DNA of 47,687 nt from Priapulus caudatus. Lineage: Eukaryota. Position 1 is the stretch's first letter. Every line of letters begins with the position of its first letter. The stretch is from positions 1,295,801-1,343,487 of the forward strand of contig NW_014577061.1 in assembly GCF_000485595.1 (NCBI RefSeq), in the 5' to 3' direction. Below the pieces are notes generated by a model, which was given only the letters and a program-made list of their open reading frames with translations, searched no databases and had not been told where the DNA came from. The translations under genes and the position numbers were made by a program. Shown piece by piece: positions 23,819-35,904 of this stretch.

Positions 23819-24473
23819 GCTCTCCCTCTCTGTCTATATCTCTCTCGGTCTCTCTCTCCATTTCCCTCTCTNNNNNNNNNNNNNNNNNNNNNNNNNATCT
23901 CTTCAAACAACAAGCCTACAGGCTGCAATTGGCAATAGAGAAGCTGCACCCTGTAACCAATTAATTGCAGCAAAAAACTGGCCACCAACATCGCACAGCC
24001 ACTGGCAGTGGCATACGTGGACATTGTAACATGACTGACAGTACAGAAATGACATAAGCAAATTATACGATTTAAGGAATATACCACCTTCTTTAAGCCA
24101 GATTAGCTTTTGAAATTTCACTGGCACATTGTAACGCCTCATAGCATCCAGGCATGTATAGATTCTTACTATGCAAACGCCGGCAGTCAATTCTTCTAAA
24201 CAGACAGTCCAACAAATTCCATGTTTAAGCCCTCCTCTTGAGTAGGGGGCAGGGGAGGGTTAGGGGGAGGGGTGGGGAAGGGGTGGGGAGGGGGTGGTAG
24301 AGGGGAAAGGGGAGGGTGAAGGGAGGGGGCTCTAAATAGCAAAGCAGTTCACATCCTTTGTAACAGTAACAAATCCATGTTTAACCCTGCCTCTCTTGAG
24401 GGTCAAAAGGTTATCCTGACACGCTTTACTCTTCGCATGTCAGCAGAAGGACATTTCATGGTCCATTTCAAGT

Positions 24474-25453
24474 AAGCCATAAAATGCTAGGGTCACCGCT
24501 GAAACAAAAAGTTTTTCAATCGCTCCGTCAGACCCCATGTCCTCAGAAAATGTCTAAAATCGGCCCTGTGCCCATTGACCTTTGACGCTGTGACCTCCAA
24601 TTTAGGCACGTCATGCTTTTCCTACCATGATGCTATACACCGACTATCACGAGCCTAGGTCGAGCCGTTTTAGATTTGTGCCTGCCGCCAATTATGCATT
24701 TCCCTCCTATACCTTAGTTTAAGGAGTGAATGTCGCCCTTCTTTTACAGCCTCTTGACGCATTTGACCTTTGACCCCGCAGCTTCGACAGCCCAACTCGT
24801 TTTGCCGAATCCCAACTGACGTCCCGAATATCGTGACCGTACGTCGAGCGCTGTTAAGATAATTGCTGCCCAACGTGTGACGCACGGACGGACGGCACGA
24901 CGCACGGACGGTAACGGTACGATCAAGCCGATTCTACAAAGCTGCTCTGAACTATGTGCAGATGAGCTAATAAAAGCCATAAAAATGCTAGTGTCACCGC
25001 TGAACAAAAAGTTTTTCAATTCGCTCCGACAGACCATGTGCCTCAGAAAATGTCTACAATCTGCCCGTGCCTATGACCTTTGACCTGTGACCTCCAATCT
25101 CGGCACAGTGATGGCTTTCTAGAATTATGCTATACACACGACTATGCACGAGGCCTTAGGTCGGCCATTTAGATTTGTTGCGCGATTCTGCATTTCCTCC
25201 CTATACCTTTAAGTTATAGGCAGGGAATGTTCTGCCTTCTTTTACACCTCTTCAACGCTTTGACTCTTTGACCCCAGGCTTCGACATCCAACTCGTTTTC
25301 GCGATTATCCCCCCCACGTTCCGAATATCGTGACCGCGTATGTCGAGCCGTTTAGATCTTGTGCGAACTGTTGACGAATGGACGCGCGACGCACAGGACG
25401 CACGCGCATGCGATTCTACAAGCTGCATCTGACTATGTCAGATGAGCTAAAAA
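24474..25453. repeat. Two tandem copies of about 0.5-kb TGACCTTTGACC-containing repeat (Helentron/HINE-like)
   Basis: 24474-24970 and 24974-25453 are colinear; GACG/CACG microsatellite followed by a terminal stem-loop-like segment; the copies differ by many 1-nt indels. Confidence 0.7.
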
Positions 25454-27390
25454 CAAACAATTCATCACCACTGTAACAATAATACTAAAGTAATAACACT
25501 ATTCGGGTCATCTTGTAGCCAGCTTGCAAGACAAGTTAATTTAGTGCATAATTTTAGTGACCACTGCCATCACCTTAGGCCACCACGACGTTAACATTTT
25601 GTGATAAAAACAAATTTTAAACTAGTTCTGTATCAGGCATATAGACGTGTTACAGTTAGCACATATGCACAGGAATTTCGTAGGAATGTTGGTAAGTTTT
25701 ATAATGTCATTTAAATATACTGTGATACAATCATTCTAAGTAATCATGTAGTATAAAATTCCATAGACCACGACATTGGGTTACCTAGGTCAATCGACTG
25801 TTCATTTTTGCAACATAGTGCACAGGGATGGGCCAGAAATGAGTCAAGGGGTGCATTGTCAGCAACATCATAAATAGTTTAAAACTATCACAAGTCTAAA
25901 GTGTCACAACTTCTTCACAACACTTCGCTTCAATGTTTTAGATTTTGTGATAGCCACTAAATACTCATGATGTACTCTAACAGTACTCTTAACATTGACC
26001 ATTTCTCATAGACTGTTAACAGAACTTTGTTTTGTACAGTAGCGACGAAATTTGCTAGGATTTTTTTTATTCGCGTAACTTTACAATATTTCTGTAAACG
26101 TCCAAAGAGAGAAATGTTCATAATAAGACTAGTTTTGTTTCTGACAAACAGGCCCTTGTTATGGATAATAGAGAAATGGAAAGTGAGAGAGTGAGAAAGA
26201 AAGAGAGCGAAAAAGAGAGCGGGAGAAAGGAGGAGAGAGATAGACAGAGAGAGTGAGGGGAAAAGAGAGAGAGACCGAGAGAGAGGGAAATGGAGAGAAA
26301 GACCGAGACGAGATATAGACAGAGAGGGAGAGGCGCGAGAGGAGAGAGAGCGAGAGAGAGAGGGAGAGAGAGAGCGCGAAGGGAAGAGAGAGCAAGAGCG
26401 AGATAGCGAAAGAATGAGAGAGACAACGAGGGAGAGCGAACGCGGCGATGGGAGGGTGCTCTTGATTCGTTTGCTAGTGAGTTTAGCATCAGAACACCTG
26501 CCGTCAGGTGAGCGCTGTCGCTCTGCGGCACTTGTTGTTACGAAGCGTTGAATCTGATTCACACGTACAGAACTGCTTTATGTTGTAGTTGTATTTCATA
26601 ATTTATTTCCTAATTACGAACATTTTAAAGCTTGCTTTGTGTGCAGTATTGGAAGAGAATATGACTGTAGGATTGCTCTTTTTCCTCATTGTGGGATATA
26701 GGAACGATTGATCAAGATATCAGCAGTTTTGTTTGCCATTCTGCTGGAAAGGTATTATAATGTTGAGAGAATATTTATGAGCACATTAGCTCGTTTTATG
26801 TAATTGTAAAGAATATTTTTGAACAAATTATTTGACTTATGAACAATAAATTGAGCACTAACAAATTTACCTGCAGTTCAATACAAATCAATCTAATGAA
26901 GTATCAGTATATTGTGTACTATAAAGGTGCTTTGTTTTAAAAAATGAACGTTTTATAATTATATAAATGTTTGACAAAAAATCATGTATAGTGACACTTT
27001 GACATAATAATTTATTAATATTAAAATCATTTTCCCACACATTTGCTTCATGATTGATCAGAAAACAATCCTGGATAAACCTATTCTTCCGACGCAAGTA
27101 ATAAAAATGGAACTTACATAAATCGATATTGTCAGTATACTGTCATTTCTCAGTGTTTATCCTAACAAGCCATCTACACTCAATCTATGCATCCGACTAT
27201 CACTAGCATGATGTGTTTGACATTAAGATCACATTGGTACAATATCGTTAACTAACTTGACACAGCGTTCGTATTTACATGAGATTACATAAAATAGATT
27301 GTCAATAATAACAAAAACTAAATGCTAAACGTAACAGCCGCGATATTTCTATGACGTCATGGTGCCGCGGTAGAGAGACGTCACGATCGT

Positions 27391-27454
27391 TCATATGCCT
27401 GGTACACACCGCATATCGTCGTAGTCCGTCCAGAACTTCCAATCAAATTCCTCT
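27391..27454 (-). CDS. Dkk3-like exon 4 (last Cys, stop)
   Basis: EEFDWKFWTDYDDMRCVPGI*; TTGCAG acceptor, phase 2 matches exon 3, supplies the tenth Cys of the second domain. Confidence 0.88.
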
Positions 27455-28511
27455 CTGCAACGAAAAAATACATTATGGTTAGAACTACTAATTTTGATGA
27501 TAGGTGAGACGATAATGCAATGTAATTTTCATTCCGTTACTATAAACACAATAATTTCTAGCTTTTTGGTTTTAAACAAGTGACATTATTAATTGAGTCT
27601 GAGTTAATATGGTTAGCAAGACGACGATAAGCTGTTACATGTTATGATGCATTTTATCATTAAATTAAATTACAATGTTAGGAAGTTAATCACAGATTGC
27701 TTCATAGCTGAGGCAGTAAGTGTATCATATGTACACAAGTTGATCGAGAACAATGTTATATGAGTTAGAGCAGGTATGTGGTTATAGGCACGAACACATG
27801 TGTGATTACAGCGTTACTTAGACGATGCCATTGTGTATCATCACTGTCACGGCGCAACATGCAACGTTACACAGCGCAATGCATTAACAAAGCAAGTAGC
27901 AAAACACATACACGGGCATATAGTAGATTACAGATACACACATGCTTGTATAGGAGAGCAGATATACAAGAATGATTTTAGGTGTGCGGTAGATTATGAA
28001 ACGTTATGAATGTAGATTATGAGTGGTTAATTACAGGTATGTAGAAGGCACCGGGTGAAGGTGCGCGTGAGTATATGTGTATGAAAGATCACATGTACAT
28101 GCATTTATGAGATTACAACAGACATATTCTTATATATTATTATTATAGCTTACTCTCGTAGACGTCGTTGTGGCGTGTATCGACATATGAGACCCCGATC
28201 GCATGGGCACAGCTGGTTGAGGCTATAGTCTATGCCACCGTCCGGCACGAAGCACTTGTTACCGATCTGCAGCTTCGCCTTGCACACAAACTCTCCATGC
28301 TGCTTCGCGCAGCACTGACTATTGCCGCAGTCCTTGTCGTGTTTGCACCGGGCACCTGTAATGCAACGACGATATATGCGGGTGAGATTTCACACGGTCG
28401 GATCAGCTTATACGGAGTTGTTGTGACGTCACCTAGTGGCGATGACGTTCAGCGGCGTTCCACGGCCAAACAAACGATTTTTAAATACCACGGAACAACG
28501 TCACAAGGCGA

Positions 28512-28581
<70 letters not shown>

Positions 28582-30261
28582 TGTGTGTGTACGTGCGCGT
28601 GTGCGTGCGTTCGTGCGTGTGTATGTGTGTGCTCTCGACTAAACCGACAGCAAATTGATTCGTGCGTCGATCCTTTCAAACGCATCATATAGCGACAACG
28701 CTGCGTCTGTCTGTCGGGCGCCTGATTTGCGGATAGCGACGTCGTCTCCGGAAGAGAGACGACAGACGCGACGACATGCACTCTGCGTACAGTTAGCGAG
28801 CGCGCGCAGACTCATCACTTCTTTGCCCGCCTTTATTTGCGCGAGGCGCGAGTTCAAGTGGCTGGCCCAGCTCGCCGCTTGTCTGGCCGGCACGCCGTAA
28901 CAAGGTGCGAGCGTACGTTTTGTCGTAAGAACAATGCTGTTTGTTAAGGGGTGGGCGAGTTGTACAACACGGCATCGGCGCCCATTTACGCCCCTATTCA
29001 GTGATCGTCACCTCGGCGGGTACGTAAACCTGACCATGAGAGGTGCACTGTCGGAGCACGCGCGATGCCACAGCGCTTCGCCCGCCACCTCTCCTGCACA
29101 CCTCGTCGGCCGTTACTAATTGCAGCTCATTCTTAGAGCTGCGATACTTGTTTCTAAATACTCGGGTGTGGTTACTGAATCCAGCTGACATGTGCAGCTT
29201 TACACTTACGCGATTCTTTGACTCAACCGAACTGATCGTATATCGGAAATAAACAACTCGAAGAATATACCACACAGAAAATACCACACATTTAAGCGCG
29301 GGAGTGTTTAAGAACAACGCAAGACTGAAAACCGCTAACGTCGCCTCTCCTCGCAAAGCGATGGCAGTACTGATCAAGTACTAAATTATGTAATCCGTAA
29401 CTAGTTACTTCCGTAGACTCAGATCGTAATATTGAATCTATACCCATTAATTAATATTAATTTGTATCAGTTGTATCCAAATCATTAACATTCAGATACA
29501 GATGGATAGATCGTGGAATCTTACCGACGGTTCCGTGCTCGACGACCGGTCTGCATTTGCCAAACACGCACTCAAGGCCTTTCTCGCAGTTGCCGTCTCG
29601 GCGGCAGAGGCTGGCTTCGGCGCGGTGCACTTCACATGTACCGTAGTGATGGTCGCAGAACTTGCCTTTTCCGCACGCCTTGTCGTTCTCACAGGGACGC
29701 TGCAACACAGATGATCAGTACAGCTTTCACGTAAGAATGTACAAAGAAGAAGTAGCGAATCTTTACGTAGCGTTGTAATACGGTACATCGTGTTAGCAGA
29801 AGAGAAAAAAAAGAAGAGGAAGAAGAAGAGCAAGGTACGGATGTAAGCGTAACCCATGCGTGGTGTGTTGTAAAATGTTTAACTTTAAAACCTTTTACAT
29901 GAAACTTTGTGAATATGTGATTTGTATGCGTGCGCACACGAGTGTTCGCGAGGAGGCGGGCGCCGGTGTGATTTGATAAGAAGGTACGTAGTTATTCGGA
30001 AGTCGGAACGTTAGATCGAATAGCTAGCTGACGGATGTGTGTTAATAGTAGCATGACGTGCGTCCTAGCTCAGAGCTCAGGGAAAATGCCGGAGGAAAAT
30101 ACCCTGTAGTTGGAGAAGGCTGGAATAATCTCAAGTAGGACTCGCGCGAAATATATTGTCAAGAAGGATATATAAGGTCATATCCCAGTAAGTAAAACCA
30201 TTTCAAATGAGTTAAGACGCCTAAACAGGCACTACACGCCAGTATCACACACACAAACACG

Positions 30262-30294
<33 letters not shown>

Positions 30295-30299
30295 GCGCA

Positions 30300-30343
<44 letters not shown>

Positions 30344-30560
30344 AACGTACCTGGTAGGCGACCTGGAGCTGGAGTTTCTCGCTGGTTTCGTTGCTGGCCG
30401 TGTCGGCTCGTAGGTGAGTATTCCTCGGATGATACGTCGGCTCGGGCGGCTGGCCCTGCTGCGACAACGCAGGGTTACTCCACGCCCAGCTCCAGATATA
30501 CGCTCGCGTCGACGTCAGCTGAGCCAACAAGGCAACGAGCAGGATCACTCTTCTACACAT
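27391..30560 (-). CDS. Secreted Dickkopf-3-like protein (signal peptide + Dkk_N-like Cys domain + colipase-fold Cys domain), 4 exons, 216 aa
   Basis: Exons 30560-30351, 29699-29525, 28355-28154, 27454-27391 splice GT-AG with matching phases into a 651-nt ORF. It has a hydrophobic signal MCRRVILLVALLAQLTSTRA, and its Cys spacing (CRRDGNC...LECVFGKC; C..DKDC...CCA...VC...C...CPCDRGLIC) matches the two DKK3 cysteine-rich domains (CRDs). Confidence 0.85.
28154..28355 (-). CDS. Dkk3-like exon 3 (second Cys-rich domain)
   Basis: GARCKHDKDCGNSQCCAKQHGEFVCKAKLQIGNKCFVPDGGIDYSLNQLCPCDRGLICRYTPQRRLR; TTACAG / GTAAGC. Confidence 0.92.
29525..29699 (-). CDS. Dkk3-like exon 2 (first Cys-rich domain)
   Basis: RPCENDKACGKGKFCDHHYGTCEVHRAEASLCRRDGNCEKGLECVFGKCRPVVEHGTV; TTGCAG / GTAAGA. 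Confidence 0.92.
30351..30560 (-). CDS. Dkk3-like exon 1 (signal peptide)
   Basis: MCRRVILLVALLAQLTSTRAYIWSWAWS...QVAYQ, donor CAG|GTACGT. Confidence 0.85.
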
Positions 30561-31657
30561 GACGCACGAGGTAGGTCTTGATATTCCGCGTGATGTAATC
30601 CACACTGAACGTGCTTGTGCGCGCGCGAGAGAGAGAGAAAATCGAGCGAGTGGTAAACGAGGTGAAGGAGATTCGGTGTGATCGAGATCGAGAGAGAAAA
30701 GCAGACGCTGCGAACAGAAGCGGCTATCGCTGGCGACTACCGCAGACGAACAAGTCACGGTTGTCTATAGCCACGCACGCACTCGACCCTTCGCTGACTC
30801 CGCCGGGCTGATTCCATCGGCCGCAACAATACAGGTGTTAACAAATCTGTTAAGAGTGTTTGGCACACAATCGTCGGGGAGGGGCAACTTCGCGATGCTC
30901 TCGCTCTCCCCGGCAAGACTGGACGCTGAGTTTTGTCTACGCGCGCTGCCTATCGCCGGCGCCTCGCTGCGCCAAATTGAAGGATAAACAAGGGGAGGAG
31001 AAGTGGGCAGGCTCGCACGGCCAGAACAATATTGGTTTTCGCCCATCTACGCGTCGCGTTTTGTCCGCCGCGCCACGTCCTCTGTGCCAACCGCAATAAG
31101 TGCGACAATCGGCGCAATTGCGTGAGCGAGTTAGACTGTCCCCGGCGATCCCGTTAAGATCGGCGTTCGGTCGGCCCCTCGCTCGCGAGGCGAGAGAGCT
31201 ACGGCGCCCGGCGGAAGTCAACGTCGACGGCGATGACATAATTCGTTGATTCGATTCATAATCTCACATCTGGTCGGCGGCGGAGGTACTCTTGAGCCGC
31301 GAGCGTTTTCACACGCCTTAACGAGGCTGCTGCCCGTTCGCGCACCTGTACGTACGTACACTTACCTGCGTAAATGACAGCTTTACGCACACGTACGAGA
31401 AGGTATGATCGCGCGCGACTCTAGTCTTTACGTTCACGGCGAGGTCTGTAGTTACTTGCAAGGATCTATACGCGGCAAGCTTCCGCGTAAGGTTGTCGGC
31501 AACATGTATTTTTGCAACAAATATGTCGTTCGTCAGGAGGAGTAGCGACGTCTTAAACAATTAAAAGTGTATATCAGTCCCATTCGATAATGATTCCATT
31601 CGCTATTGCTTTTGTTTCGATATGACACCAGGCGCAGCTAGACGTAGCTAGAGCGAC

Positions 31658-32853
31658 AATTGCAGCTCATTCTTAGAGCTGCGATACTTGTTTCCAAATA
31701 CTCGGGTGTGGTTACTGAATCCAGCTGACATGTGCAGCTTTACACTTACGCGATTCTTTGACTCAACCGAACTGATCGTATATCGGAAATATTCTTCATC
31801 GGAGATAAATAACTCGAAGAATATACCACACAGAAAATACCACACATTTAAGCGCGGGATTGTTTAAGAACAACGCAAGACTGAAAACCGCTAACGTCGC
31901 CTCTCTTCGCAAAGCGATGGCAGTACTGATCAAGTAAATGGTATCATGCTAAATTATGTAATCCGTAACTAGTTACTTCCGTAGACTCAGATCGTAATAT
32001 TGAATCTATACCCATTAATTATTATTAATTTGTATCATTTGTATCCAAATCATTAACATTCAGATACAGATGGATAGATCGTGGAATCTTACCGACGGTT
32101 CCGTGCTCGACGACCGGTCTGCATTTGCCAAACACGCACTCAAGGCCTTTCTCGCAGTTGCCGTCTCGGCGGCAGAGGCTGGCTTCGGCGCGGTGCACTT
32201 CACATGTACCGTAGTGATGGTCGCAGAACTTGCCTTTTCCGCACGCCTTGTCATTCTCACAGGGGCGCTGCAACGCAGATGATCAGTACAGCTTTCACGT
32301 AAGAATGTACAAAGAAGAAGTAGCGAATCTTTACGTAGCGTTGTAATACGGTACATCGTGTTAGCATAAGAGGAGGAAGGAGAAGAGGAAGAAGAAGAAG
32401 AAGAGCAAGGTACGGATGTAAGCGTAACCCATGCGTGGTGTTTGTAAAATGTTTAACTTTAAAACCTTTCACATGAAACTTTGTGAATATGTGATTTGTA
32501 TGCGTGCGCACACGAGTGTTCGCGAGGAGGCGGGCGCCGGTGTGATTTGATAAGAAGGTACGTAGTTATTCGGAAGTCGGAACGTTAGATCGAATAGCTA
32601 GCTGACGGATGTGTGTTAATAGTAGCATGACGTGCGTCCTAGCTCAGAGCTCAGGGAATATGCCGGGAGAAAATACCCTGTAGTTGGAGAAGGCTGGAAT
32701 AATCTCAAGTAGGACTCGCGCGAAATATATTGTCAAGAAGGATATATAAGGTCATATCCCAGTAAGTAAAACCATTTCAAATGAGTTAAGACGCCTAAAC
32801 AGGCACTACACGCCAGTATCACACACACAAACACGCACACATACACACACACA
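31658..32853. repeat. Direct near-identical copy of about 29118-30278
   Basis: Both begin AATTGCAGCTCATTCTTAGAGC and end in the same (CA)n; they differ by a few SNPs and short indels. Confidence 0.95.
32093..32267 (-). other. Second intact copy of Dkk3-like exon 2 (orphan; allelic or duplicated)
   Basis: Same peptide as 29525-29699, two synonymous differences (CGT>CGC, AAC>AAT), intact splice sites; lies 5' of exon 1 in transcription direction. Confidence 0.85.
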
Positions 32854-33083
32854 GCGTCTCCTCTTTCTATAATTATATAAATATAGATTATATAGTATAT
32901 TATATATATTATTAATATAGATAATATATAGTAAAGTTCACACACACAACAGCCCGGTAGATAAAACAAAGCAAGGTATAATGAATAAGGGTGTTTAAAA
33001 GGATTTAAGCCCGTCAATCTAAACTTTAAACACCCTTATCTATACCTGACTTTGTTTATATATATAATATAATATATATATAT

Positions 33084-33087
<4 letters not shown>

Positions 33088-33123
<36 letters not shown>

Positions 33124-33146
33124 TAGATAAGATAGATATTAGATAG

Positions 33147-33191
<45 letters not shown>

Positions 33192-33612
33192 GTAGATAGA
33201 TAGATAGATAGGGTAGTAGGTAGATAGATCGATAGATAATAAATAGATAGATAGATACATACATACATACATACCTACAGTACATACAATACATACATAC
33301 ATACATACTACATAGCATACATACCATAATACATACATACATACATACATACATTACAGTAACACTAATACATACATACATACATACATAATACATCATC
33401 TACATACCTAATAATAAATAACATACCACTACCATAACATACATAACATCCATACATACATCATCAATACATAATACACTCATACTACACTACAACAAAT
33501 CATACTACATACATATATACAAAATACATACATCCCTACTCATACCATACATAATACATACATACATCCCTAACTACCACTCACATCACCTACATACATT
33601 CACACCACACAG

Positions 33613-33657
<45 letters not shown>

Positions 33658-33790
33658 ACACACAATCAGACATACATATCACTACATATCAATAATACAT
33701 AATACATACATACATACATACCTACATACATACATACAAATACATAACATACATACATACATCCATAGAAAGATTGGACTCTAGATAGAC

Positions 33791-33834
<44 letters not shown>

Positions 33835-33836
33835 CC

Positions 33837-33869
<33 letters not shown>

Positions 33870-34418
33870 TAGCATAGAGTAGATAGATAGATAGCATAGA
33901 CAGATAGTAGATTACATAGATAGATATATATATGATAGATAGATAAATACATAGAGTACGATAGATGAGATAAGATAGATAGATAGATAGAGTAGAAGAT
34001 AGATAGATAGATAGATGATTAGATAGATAGATTACATAGAATAGATACATGAGATATATATATATATACTACTAGATAGAATAAATAGATAAGATAGATA
34101 AGATAGATTACATAGATAGATAATAGATAGAGTAGATAGATTAGATAGAATAGATAGATACGATAGATAGATAGCATAGATAGATAGATAGATAACATAG
34201 ATAGAATATATGTATATATATATATATACGATGGATAGATAGATAGAATAGATAATAGAAGATAGATAGCTAGATAGATAGATAGATAGATAGATAGATG
34301 ATAGATTAATAAGATAGATAGATAGATAGTTAGATAGATAGATACATAACATATAATATATATATACTATGATATATATATATATTTATATATATAATTA
34401 GGATAGATAGATAGATAA
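33088..34418. repeat. Compound (GA)/(AGAT)/(ACAT)/(CA)/(TA) microsatellite block
   Basis: Direct reading; repeated at about 39080-40352. Confidence 0.93.
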
Positions 34419-34450
34419 AGCTACGCAGGGAGAGGGATGTTAGCGGTAGT

Positions 34451-35869
34451 GTCGCTCTAGCTACGTCTAGCTGCGCCTGTGTCATATCGAAACAAAAGCA
34501 ATACGAATGGAATAGTATCGAAGGTGACTGATATGCACTTTAATTGTTAAGACGTCGCAGCTCCTCGCTCGACGAACGACATTATTTGTTGCAAAAATAC
34601 AATGTTGCGACAACCTACGCGGAAGCTTGCAACGCGTATGTCCTGCAACTAACGTACACGACGCGTCGCGCGTGAACGTAAAGACTAGACGTCGCCGCGC
34701 GGATCATTAATACTTGCTCCGTTGACGTGTGCGTAAACAGCCTGTCCTTTACGGATGGCGAGTAAGTGTACGTACGTACGAGGTGCGCACGGCGAACTGG
34801 GTCAAGCAGCCTGTAAGGCGTGTGAAAACGCTCGCGCTCAAGTAGTACTCTCCGCCGCCGGACCAGATGTGAAGATTATGAATCGAATCAACGAATTATT
34901 CACTGCCGTCGACCGTGACTTCCCCGAGGCGCCGTTAGCTCTTCCTCGCCTCGCGAGCTAGACGGGGCCGGACCGAACGCCGATCTAACGGGAATCGACC
35001 TGGGGACAGTCTAACTCGCTAACACAACCAATTGCTGCCGAATGGTCGCACTTATTGCGGGTTGGCAACATGAGACGTGGCGCGGCGGACCAAAACGCGA
35101 CGCGGTAGCTGAGGCGAAAACCAATAGTTTCTGCCGTAGCGAGCCTGCCCACCTTCTCCTCCTTGTTTATCCTTCATTTGGCGCCCAGCGAGGCCGCCCG
35201 GCGATAGGCCAGCGCGCGTAAGACAACTACAGCGTCGCGAGTACTTGCCGGGGAGAGCGAGAGCATCGCGGAAGTTGCGCCCTCCCCGACTGAGTGTCCA
35301 AACACTCTTAACAGATTTGTTAACACCTGTATTGTTGGCGGGCCGATGGAATCAAGCCCGGCGGAGTCAGCGTGAAGGTCGAGGCGTGCGTGGCTGATTT
35401 GACATGCACCGGTGTTACTTGTTGTCGCTTGCGGATAGTCGCCAGTCTGATAGCCGCTTCTGTTCGCAGCGTTCTGCTTCTCTCCTGCGATCTCGAATCA
35501 CATCGAATCTCCTTCACCCTCGTTACCACTGTCGCTCGATTTCTCTGCTCTCTCTGCGCCGACAGCCAACGTTCAAGTGTGGATACATCACGCCGAATAT
35601 CTAAGACCTACCCTGCGTGCGTGCATGTGTGGAAGAGTGTCCTGCTCGTCTGCTTGTTGGCTCAGCTGACCAGTCGACGCGAGCAGTATATCTGAGCTGG
35701 CGTGGGAGCACAACCCTGCGTTTTCGCAGCCGGCTCGAGCCGCCGCGAGTCGATCGTATCATCCGAGAATACTCACGCTACGGGAGCCGACACGGCCAGC
35801 AACGCAGAAACCACGGAGAAACCCCAGCTCACAGGTCGCCTACCCAGGTTCGTTAACTGCGTGTTAGTG

Positions 35870-35904
<35 letters not shown>

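Noticed and set aside
28168..28692. 174-aa plus-strand ORF with a hydrophobic stretch
   Set aside because: Antisense to Dkk-like exon 3 and runs into (TG)n
27391..30560. Alternative identity as prohormone-3/ITG-like peptide or draxin
   Set aside because: The two-domain Cys spacing with LECVFGKC and CPCxxGLxC fits Dkk3 better by eye; not excluded without a phylogeny
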